Below are positions 22,121 to 29,592 of a DNA stretch of 64,000 nucleotides, one piece after another (the first letter of the stretch is position 1; each line of letters begins with the position of its first letter). The stretch is from Candidatus Eremiobacteria bacterium (lineage in GTDB: Bacteria; Vulcanimicrobiota; Vulcanimicrobiia; Vulcanimicrobiales; Vulcanimicrobiaceae). The notes beneath the pieces are model-generated. The model worked only from the letters and a program-made list of their open reading frames with translations, had not been told where the DNA came from and searched no databases. The stretch lies in NCBI GenBank assembly GCA_963737065.1, contig CAVTRC010000001.1, positions 608,001-672,000 of the forward strand, written 5' to 3'. A program made the translations under genes and the position numbers.

Positions 22121-23159
22121 TCATGGCGTCGTATCGTCGAAATCGTGTAACTGGGCTGCCGCGTCGATACTGCTCGCCGCATCCCAAGCAAACGTCGGGA
22201 GCCAATGCGTTTCGCTGTAGTATCCGGATGTCACGCGCCCGACGCTCGCGCCGTAGAGCCGTCGCGCATGCGTCGAGGAGTTCGACGTCTTCTAACGCAG
22301 CGGCGATCCGCGCGAGCGCTCCGGCGCGCGAGAGGTTGAGGCCGTGCAGATGAACGATATGGCCGTCGTCAACGTCCGGAATCGTCACCGCGGACAGAAT
22401 CGCCGAGCGCGCGGACAGGCTCGGTAAAAAGGTACTCCACCACGTTGCAAATTCGTTCACCGCAAGGGCGCGCCGCATGAGATCGGCCTCCGCCAGGCCC
22501 GGCGAAAGAAAATCATTGCCGCTGCGCTCGAAGTGCGCCGGCCAATCGCGATCCTGCGAAAACCACGCACGTGCACGATCGGCGATCGTTGCGGACAGAT
22601 CCGTAAAGCCGAGCGTTTGCGATGCGTCGAACATCAGCCCCAGCGAGAACGCCGTATTGGAATGAACGCCATGCCGAACCGGTAGCGGCAACACATCGAG
22701 CCATCGCATCGCGGTCGCTGCAATGCACTCGGCCAGTGCTCGCAATCCCGGGCCCCGTTGTGCGACGAGCGAACGCGTGGATCGCTCTGCAGCCGCCGCC
22801 AGCACCATCGCCCAAGCCCATCCGTACGGGCGTTCGTACGCCGCGCGCCGGCGGAGGTACGCTATCTCCGCATCGACGTGCGTACGTTGGAGGTTTGCAG
22901 CAACCGCTTCTTCTAACGTTCCGATCGCTTCCGGCGTTTCGCCGCATTTCGATGCAGCGTGCTCGATTAACTGAATTGCGGTCCAATGCGAATGCGCGCT
23001 GGAGTGCCAATCGAACGAATTTCCAAAGGCCGGATGCGCCGCGAACGGATCGTGTGGCGGCTCGCCCGCAAACGCAAGATGCGAATCATGGTAAGGATAC
23101 GCGGTCGTGATATTCGCCAAGACGACCGGGACGATGTGCGGTGCGAGTTCTTCGATCAT
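22121..23159 (-). CDS. DUF2891 family protein, with an apparent +1 frameshift near 22271
   Basis: HPAFGNSFDWHSSAHSHW, YERPYGWAW, HSNTAF, DFLSP, HLHGLNLSRA. The C-terminal YYSETHWLPTFA lies in the shifted frame; ATG overlaps the DUF979 stop. Confidence 0.85.
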
Positions 23160-24121
23160 GAGAACGGAAAGATCAGCATGAAGCAGATGTTCGCGATGAG
23201 CAGTACGACGGCGGTCGGTATTTGAACTTTGATCTGCGCGTACTTGTCGCGCATCTCGAGCAACGCCGGCGGTACCAAATTGAAGTTTGCCGCCATCGGC
23301 GTGCACAGGGTTCCGCAAAATCCCGAAAGCATACCGATGGCAAAGAGCGGCGCGGGATGTGCGCCCATGCGCGTCACGAGCAACGGCCAGCCGACCGCGG
23401 CCGTCATGATCGGAAACGCGGCAAACGCGTTGCCCATGATGATCGTGAAGATCGCCATGCCGATCGCATACACCAATACGGCGAAAATGCGGGAGTGCTC
23501 GGGAACGATGTTGTGCGCGATCGTCCCGACTTGCGTCCCGACGCCCGCCTGCGTAAACAACAGCCCGAGCGTGGCAAGCATTTGTGGAAGCAATGCCGCC
23601 CAACCAATCGCTTCGAGCAGGCGGCGCCCTTCGGTCATCGCGATCCCGGGGTGTTTCGGACGTAAGATGATCGTCGCAACGACGAGCGCAGCGATCGTTG
23701 CAACGCCCAGCCCCACGAGCGTCTGTGCCCCGGCTGCGAAGAGCGCGTGGCCGCCGATCGCCATGCGACCCAGAACGACACTCACGAAAACTGTAACCGC
23801 CGGAATCGTAAGCGCGGGAACGAACAGTAAATTGCCTCTGCGCGACGCGCTCGCTCTACGTTCGGACTCACTCGTCGTGCGAACCGTTCCCGCGCCTGTT
23901 AATCCGAACCCGGCGATGAGGGCCATCGCGATCACCGCGACGCCGAGCAGCCACGGTGGTAATGTGGAAATGAAGCTGCCGTACCACATCGACGCGCCGA
24001 GTAGACACCAAAACAGCGAATTCGTCCAACGCTTCGGATGCTGACGATCGAACGCGATCTGCACGCCGACGATAAAGAAAAACGCGCCGAGAAGCCAGTA
24101 GATCCAGTCAGCGCCGATCAC
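23156..24121 (-). CDS. DUF979 family membrane protein (putative 5-oxoproline transporter subunit)
   Basis: IGWAALLPQMLATLG, FTIIMGNAFAAFP, GFCGTLCTPMAANFN. Confidence 0.88.
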   Translation of the reverse strand: MIGADWIYWLLGAFFFIVGVQIAFDRQHPKRWTNSLFWCLLGASMWYGSFISTLPPWLLGVAVIAMALIAGFGLTGAGTVRTTSESERRASASRRGNLLFVPALTIPAVTVFVSVVLGRMAIGGHALFAAGAQTLVGLGVATIAALVVATIILRPKHPGIAMTEGRRLLEAIGWAALLPQMLATLGLLFTQAGVGTQVGTIAHNIVPEHSRIFAVLVYAIGMAIFTIIMGNAFAAFPIMTAAVGWPLLVTRMGAHPAPLFAIGMLSGFCGTLCTPMAANFNLVPPALLEMRDKYAQIKVQIPTAVVLLIANICFMLIFPFS

Positions 24122-24813
24122 GGCGAGACGCGCTCCGGACGCGCGTCGTTGGCCATCTCCGCGAGCCGCTTGTCGAGTCGCAGCAGGCGGAAGCCGTGAA
24201 CGAGGAAGGCCGCAATCGCGGTTGGCGCGGCCCAAATCGCGATCTGCAGCGGATCGAGCTTCAAATGATAGCTCGCATCGACGTAGCTCGCAATGAGCAA
24301 TACCGAACCGATTGCAACGAAACAATCCTCGCCGAAAAATACGCCGATCGTATCTGCGGCCGCACTATGCGCTTTGATCGTCTCCGTTACGCGTTCGGGC
24401 AATTCACCATGCTTGCGCATCGCCGCGCCTTCGGCCATCGGATAGATCACGGGCCGCACCATCTGCGGCGTGCCGCCGATGCTCGTCAATCCCAATGCGG
24501 CGCTGAGTTGGCGGACGAATAAATACAGCAACAGTAGCCGGCCGGCGGTGAGCGCTGCCGCCTGCGAGATCAGTGCCTTTGCGCGCTGTTGCAAACCGTA
24601 TCGTTCTAAGATTCCGATAACGGGTAACACGACGAACGCGATCGTCACGGAGCGGCTACTCGCGAACCCGGTTCCGAACGCGTCCAGGACGTGCAATGGA
24701 CTAACGCCGCCGAGCAAGGCGGAAACGATACCGGCGACCGTGACGACGAGGAGCGGATTGAAACGCAGCGCGAACCCGATGACGACGAGGAGCACGCCGA
24801 GCAAAACGATCAT
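24118..24813 (-). CDS. DUF969 family membrane protein (putative 5-oxoproline transporter subunit)
   Basis: GFALRFNPLLVV, LPVIGILERYGL, MVRPVIYPMAE, FFGED. Confidence 0.88.
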   Translation of the reverse strand: MIVLLGVLLVVIGFALRFNPLLVVTVAGIVSALLGGVSPLHVLDAFGTGFASSRSVTIAFVVLPVIGILERYGLQQRAKALISQAAALTAGRLLLLYLFVRQLSAALGLTSIGGTPQMVRPVIYPMAEGAAMRKHGELPERVTETIKAHSAAADTIGVFFGEDCFVAIGSVLLIASYVDASYHLKLDPLQIAIWAAPTAIAAFLVHGFRLLRLDKRLAEMANDARPERVSP

Positions 24814-24942
24814 CCCGTCCGATACGCCGTGCCGCCCCGCACCCCCGGCCCCTCTTCTGCCGCCGGTTTTTAAAGCGTTCGCAATGTTGCCGCGCGGACG
24901 CTGCGGCCGAGCGAGCGTCCGGCCGATAGTTGCTGTAGAGCG

Positions 24943-26562
24943 GTGAAGTTATCACTCATCGCGGCGCTTCTATTTGTCGTACTCGCGCCGCATACGAACG
25001 CAATCGACGTACTGTCGCATAGCGAAGCTGCGACCGGGTCGCTCACGCGCGCGCAAGTGCTGCGCGGCGACGGTACGTTCGTCTCGTTCAAACACTTCGC
25101 GATGCCCGATGACGCGACGGACCTATGGCTGCGTTTTCGCGTCCGCGTTGCGAGCAACGCTCCGTCTCAATGGGCCCTTTCCACGCCCGGTTTCGTCGCC
25201 CACGCGTCGTTTTACGTGCCGCGCCCTGACGGGAACTACGACGAAATCCGCAGGGGAGCGGCTGAGCCGTTCGTTGAGGCGGAGGGTGCTTTTCCGCGTA
25301 CCGGTATTACGTTCGACACGCGCGACATCGGTGACCGGCCGTTTTACGTGCACCTGCAGTACCATCAAGATCAGCCGCTACAGCTGACGTTGATTCCTGA
25401 GCGAAGCGCGGTTGATACGGCGCTGCTCGGCCGTCTGGTATTCGGCGTCTTCTTCGGCGTAATGATCGCCGTCGGTCTCGTGAACTTCTACATGGGGTTG
25501 GTACTGCGCGATCGCGGCGCGTTGCTGTGCCTGTTCTATATCGTGACGATCGCGTGTAACGGCGTGCTGACGAGCGGCGTCGGCGGCGTGTATCTCTGGC
25601 CGAAGCTCTCGATCGATCCGGTCATTGCCCTCTCATTTACCGATGCGTTGTCGTTTATCGCGTTCTTGCTGTTCGTTCGCACGTTCCTTGGTACGCCGGC
25701 ATCGTTGCCCGTCCTCGACAAACTGCTCATTGCGGTCTTCGGTATCGTCGCGATCACGGCACTCCCAATCAACTTTGGCCGCGTCATCGACGGGCTTGCA
25801 CCGCTTTTGCTGATCGCCGGCATGGCGCTCGTCATCCTTGCAGCTGCGCTATGCACCCGAAGAGGAAACCGTTCAGCATGGATCTTTCTCTTTGGGTTTA
25901 TCCCGGTAGCCATCGGGTACTTCACCCGCGAGATTCAGCTTGCGTGGATCATTCAGGCCATCGTCTTTTCGCTTGCGATCGTCGAGCGCGTCCGCACGCT
26001 TGCGATCGAAAAGCAACACGCGGAAGTGGCGAATCAGCGCCTGCGCACGCTCGCATATTATGATCCGCTGACCAACGTGTTAAATCGTGCGGCATTCAAC
26101 GAGCGGTTGGAAAGCGCGATCCACCGCGCCGCGGAACGTCACGAAACCGTCGCGCTGTTTTATCTCGACCTCGATGGTTTCAAAAGCGTCAACGATTCGT
26201 ACGGACATCAGACGGGCGACCTGGTGCTTCAAGTCCTCGTTGCGCGACTGCGCAACGCGGTTCGCGAATCGGACGAGATCGCGCGGCTCGGCGGTGACGA
26301 GTTTGGAGTCATTGCTCACGCTTCAGCGAGCGAAGCGTCGGTAATACGAGACAACGTCGCGCGAATCTTAGAGACGCCGATGACGGTGGCGAATCACGAA
26401 ATCAGGCTGGGGTTGAGCATCGGCGAAGCAGCGTACCCGCGCGACGGACGCACGGGTGACGAACTGCTTGCCGCGGCGGATCACCGCATGTACGCGATGA
26501 AAGTCGCCCGGCAGCGAATCACAAAATCGTTATTCCGTACCACTGAAGAATCGCGCGCATAA
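24943..26562 (+). CDS. Diguanylate cyclase with 7TM-DISM sensor region
   Basis: Signal peptide, extracellular domain, multiple TMs, DPLTNVLNR, DLDGFKSVNDSYGH, RxxD I-site (RESD) and an intact GGDEF. Confidence 0.92.
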   Translation: MKLSLIAALLFVVLAPHTNAIDVLSHSEAATGSLTRAQVLRGDGTFVSFKHFAMPDDATDLWLRFRVRVASNAPSQWALSTPGFVAHASFYVPRPDGNYDEIRRGAAEPFVEAEGAFPRTGITFDTRDIGDRPFYVHLQYHQDQPLQLTLIPERSAVDTALLGRLVFGVFFGVMIAVGLVNFYMGLVLRDRGALLCLFYIVTIACNGVLTSGVGGVYLWPKLSIDPVIALSFTDALSFIAFLLFVRTFLGTPASLPVLDKLLIAVFGIVAITALPINFGRVIDGLAPLLLIAGMALVILAAALCTRRGNRSAWIFLFGFIPVAIGYFTREIQLAWIIQAIVFSLAIVERVRTLAIEKQHAEVANQRLRTLAYYDPLTNVLNRAAFNERLESAIHRAAERHETVALFYLDLDGFKSVNDSYGHQTGDLVLQVLVARLRNAVRESDEIARLGGDEFGVIAHASASEASVIRDNVARILETPMTVANHEIRLGLSIGEAAYPRDGRTGDELLAAADHRMYAMKVARQRITKSLFRTTEESRA

Positions 26563-26798
26563 GCGAAACGCTCGCGGACGAAGTGACGGTGGCCGGGGAA
26601 GATCGTGGACCCTTGATAGGCGCCCGCATTTCCTTTGCTCGGTAAAGCGATCAGAAGGCGCGCCTTTGGGCGCTCGCTCCCCCCGACGGGAAGGCGATTG
26701 TCACCCTTGCCGCCAAGTTTGAAATTTGACTTTGTTGACGAAGCCGAAATTAATGGTGACGTTTTTTCGGGTTCTACCGTAAAGTCAAAGACAGACTC

Positions 26799-28112
26799 AT
26801 GGCGAACTTCGAAGAACGCTTCTGGCCCCCGGATCCAACGCTTGACACAGGCATCGGCATACCACGTCGCGATCGACGAGGTGGCACGTACCTCGCATAT
26901 CGGCCTGACCTACTCTCTGGTCGGAGCTTTTCCTTGGGCGGCCCGGAAGCCGCCGACGTCGCTGATGCTGAGCGCGCCATTATTGAGCTCGACCGCTCAT
27001 CGACCACATTGGCCGACACCGAGGCACTTGCGCGTCTATTGTTGCGCGCTGAGTCCGTCGCCTCATCTCACATCGAGGGTTTGCAGATCGGGCCTAGCCG
27101 GCTACTCCGGGCCGACGCAGCACGCTCCGAAGGTGACGCGTTAAAAGACGACATTGCGATCGAAGTTCTTGCAAACATCGATGCGATGACGTTCGCAATA
27201 CGCGAAATCACGAACAACCCCATCGTTACGCGTGAATTGCTGCTCGAGACGCATCGCCGTCTACTTGCGCCTACGCGTATTGCGGAGTACGGCGGCAACT
27301 TTCGGACGCAGCAAAACTGGATCGGTGGCAGCGATTACAATCCGCTCTCCGGGGCGTTTGTGCCGCCACGTCCGGATCTCGTTCCGGGCCTTATGGATGA
27401 TCTGATCGCCTTCTGCAACGGGCATGCATTGCCGACCGTTGCACAAGCCGCTATCGCACACGCGCAGTTTGAAACCATTCATCCGTTCGCAGATGGCAAC
27501 GGCCGGATCGGACGCGTATTGATCCACCTAGTCTTTCGTCGGCGCGGCTTGACGAGCGTCGTGTCGCCACCTGTTTCTCTTATTCTGGCAACCCGTGCGC
27601 GTGATTATATAGCCGGGCTCAGCTCTACGCGGTACGACGGCCCAGCGGATTCTCCGCAGGCCTCTGAAGGTTTAAATCGCTGGATGGGAACGTTTGCTGC
27701 TGCGTGTACGCGAGCGGCAGCAGATGCGTCGGCCTTTGAGAAGCGGATTGCGGCGATCCAGTCGGCGTGGCGCGAACGCCTTGGCAGCGTTCGTAGCCAT
27801 TCGGCCGTCTTGCGCATCATTGAGATGCTTCCCGGGACACCGCTCACGACAGTTTCAAACCTCCAGCAGAGGACAGGCAGCGCGCTATCGAGCATCACTG
27901 AAGCCGTCGCACGACTAGAAAAAGCTGAAATCCTTCGCCCGGTCAGCCTGGGACGCAAACGTCGCCTACTGTACGAGGCGCGCGAGATCATGGACGCGTT
28001 CACGGATTTGGAGCGCCAACTGGCGTCCCCGGCGGACGATACGCACATAGAGGCACCGGTACGTGCCGCACCGCGTCGCCCTCAAGCCGTTCGGCGACCG
28101 GCGCGTGAATGA
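26799..28112 (+). CDS. Fic family protein (N-terminal SxxxEG inhibitory motif, C-terminal HTH-like region)
   Basis: HPFADGNGRIGR catalytic motif; SSHIEG; FRTQQNWIGG. Confidence 0.92.
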   Translation: MANFEERFWPPDPTLDTGIGIPRRDRRGGTYLAYRPDLLSGRSFSLGGPEAADVADAERAIIELDRSSTTLADTEALARLLLRAESVASSHIEGLQIGPSRLLRADAARSEGDALKDDIAIEVLANIDAMTFAIREITNNPIVTRELLLETHRRLLAPTRIAEYGGNFRTQQNWIGGSDYNPLSGAFVPPRPDLVPGLMDDLIAFCNGHALPTVAQAAIAHAQFETIHPFADGNGRIGRVLIHLVFRRRGLTSVVSPPVSLILATRARDYIAGLSSTRYDGPADSPQASEGLNRWMGTFAAACTRAAADASAFEKRIAAIQSAWRERLGSVRSHSAVLRIIEMLPGTPLTTVSNLQQRTGSALSSITEAVARLEKAEILRPVSLGRKRRLLYEAREIMDAFTDLERQLASPADDTHIEAPVRAAPRRPQAVRRPARE

Positions 28113-28147
28113 TCGATTGCGCGCGCGAAAAAACGATAGTTCCAAAA

Positions 28148-28195
28148 TCAATTTTGCTTGCTGGCCAGTTCAAAAAAATTAGCGAGCAAAATTGA
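28148..28195. terminator. Inverted repeat between convergent fic and doc, probable terminator
   Basis: TCAATTTTGCTTGCT (28148-28162) / AGCGAGCAAAATTGA (28181-28195), one mismatch. Confidence 0.5.
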
Positions 28196-28232
28196 ATCGA
28201 GTCGCTTGTTTGCCGGGTCTTGACCGTCAGGA

Positions 28233-28631
28233 TTACGCTACGCGCACGGACTTGTTTCGAATCCAGTCAGCCAGCTCTGCGGCGCCGATTGTTCCGCTCG
28301 CTGCAGCGAGTATGACAGGAAGCATCTCCTCGTCGGTAGCTGTCAGCTCATAGCCATTTAGGTCGAGGAAAAGTTCGAGAAGCACTGCCCCGACTCGCTT
28401 ATTGCCGTCTACGAAAGGATGGTTCTTTATTACACGCAGCGCGTACAACGCGGCCAGCTCTGCGACGTCAGGATCTAAATAGGAAGCTGCACTTCTCGGA
28501 CGATCGAGGGCAGATGCTAAGAGGGCCCAGATCCCGAATCCGAGCGCTCCCCCGTGTTCTGAGATCTGGGCCTCATGAATTGCATGGACGACATCGTCGT
28601 CAATCCAGATAAAGCTATTTTGCGAGTTCAC
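28233..28631 (-). CDS. doc: Death-on-curing (Doc) family toxin
   Basis: IH...HGG...LLASALDRP, NHPFVDGNKRVG Doc motif, FLDLNGY. Confidence 0.85.
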   Translation of the reverse strand: MNSQNSFIWIDDDVVHAIHEAQISEHGGALGFGIWALLASALDRPRSAASYLDPDVAELAALYALRVIKNHPFVDGNKRVGAVLLELFLDLNGYELTATDEEMLPVILAAASGTIGAAELADWIRNKSVRVA

Positions 28632-28677
28632 GCAATACCGAACGGCGCTTCTTCATGATCCTTTCGGCGGCTTCCAA
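28615..28677 (-). pseudogene. C-terminal remnant of an AbrB/MazE-type Doc antitoxin
   Basis: LEAAERIMKKRRSVLRELAK* overlaps the doc start and resembles the C-terminus of Doc-associated antitoxins. An in-frame stop lies upstream and there is no N-terminal DNA-binding domain. Confidence 0.6.
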
Positions 28678-28685
28678 CGGAAACC

Positions 28686-28719
28686 GAAATAGCTGAACGA
28701 ATAATCATTCATTCAGCTA
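28686..28719 (-). terminator. Rho-independent terminator downstream of tmRNA
   Basis: Minus strand TAGCTGAATGAAT-GATT-ATTCGTTCAGCTA followed by TTTCGGTTT, about 10 nt after the CCA end. Confidence 0.7.
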
Positions 28720-28730
28720 CAGCGAACGTT

Positions 28731-29084
28731 TGGTGGAGCTGTCGGGGTACTGCCCCCCGAGTCCGAAAAGCCTGCCCGGCGCGTTCTCCAAGCTCAGCTT
28801 TGACTTTGACTTACTCGCGCGTACGTCTCAAAGCGGGACTTACCGCGCGCAGCAGATTCTTGATCTCGTACGGACGTCGAATCACGCGTCCGTACCAGCC
28901 CGAGTTCATGACCGGAGAGCAGAGCGGTTCGGGCCGACCCTCCGCGTCCGGTGACTAGCCTAAATTAGGCAGCCAGTGCGTATTCGTTGTTGGCAGATAT
29001 TGCCGTGCGATCGTTTTAGGAGAGCTCGCAACTCCGCTTGCTAACGCCGGCCACGGATCTTCCCGTCGAGCCTAGTTCAGCCCC
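28731..29084 (-). ncRNA. ssrA: tmRNA (one-piece), tag peptide ANNEYALAA
   Basis: 5' GGGGCTGAACTAGGCTCGAC and 3' CAGCTCCACCA form an Ala-type acceptor stem. Internal GCC AAC AAC GAA TAC GCA CTG GCT GCC TAA (28994-28965). Length 354 nt. Confidence 0.95.
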
Positions 29085-29165
29085 ATAGGATTCCGCTTCG
29101 CGGAATCCGTTGCGGTTTTGGGTTCCGCCCAAAATCCGCGTAGGCGCCGCGAGACCGGAGTACCT

Positions 29166-29174
29166 ACTATAACA
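29166..29174 (-). promoter_or_regulatory. Extended -10 element of ssrA
   Basis: TG-T-TATAGT on the minus strand, about 80 nt upstream of the mature tmRNA 5' end. Confidence 0.5.
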
Positions 29175-29217
29175 CACCACACAAGCGTTCGGTTTCCGCC
29201 CGGACGATGCATCGGAT

Positions 29218-29592
29218 CTATACGCGCGCGGTAGGCTCGCGCCGCGACAGCGGCATCGTCACGAGCGTTCCGACGATCATCATGATGATCGCGCCGACGA
29301 GCGTCGATTCCCACGCCGGCCACGGATAGCCCGTCGTATGCAATCCCGGCGAGAGCCAAACGGTGAGCGCGAACAGTATCCAGTTGATGACGATCGTAAA
29401 TAGGCCGAGCGTAAGAAACGTCAACGGTAGCGAGATCAGCCTGAGAACCGGTCCGATCAGCGCGTTCACGATGCCGAAAATGATCGCTGCCCAAATGGCG
29501 TCGGTCCACGCGTTCAAGTGGAAACCCGGAATGTACGTGGCAATCGCCCATAACGCGATCGCGGTAATGATGAAACGCAAGAGCCAGTGCAT
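29218..29592 (-). CDS. 4-TM YvlD/phage holin superfamily IV membrane protein
   Basis: GIVNALIGPVLRLISLPLTFLTLGLFTIVIN motif. Confidence 0.85.
   Translation of the reverse strand: MHWLLRFIITAIALWAIATYIPGFHLNAWTDAIWAAIIFGIVNALIGPVLRLISLPLTFLTLGLFTIVINWILFALTVWLSPGLHTTGYPWPAWESTLVGAIIMMIVGTLVTMPLSRREPTARV

Noticed and set aside
22059..23603. 514-aa ORF as a single protein
   Set aside because: Its first ~148 codons overlap DUF979 out of frame and its tail results from a frameshift; the real gene is 23159-22121.
26560..26700. Possible attachment-site duplication of the tmRNA 3' end
   Set aside because: Only short GC-rich similarities (e.g. CCCCCCGA); no convincing direct repeat and no integrase.
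28730..28954. 74-aa ORF starting MVELSGYCPPS
   Set aside because: It is the antisense of the tmRNA 3' end.
29218..29592. Holin-family gene as evidence of a prophage
   Set aside because: YvlD-like proteins are common chromosomal genes; no phage genes nearby.
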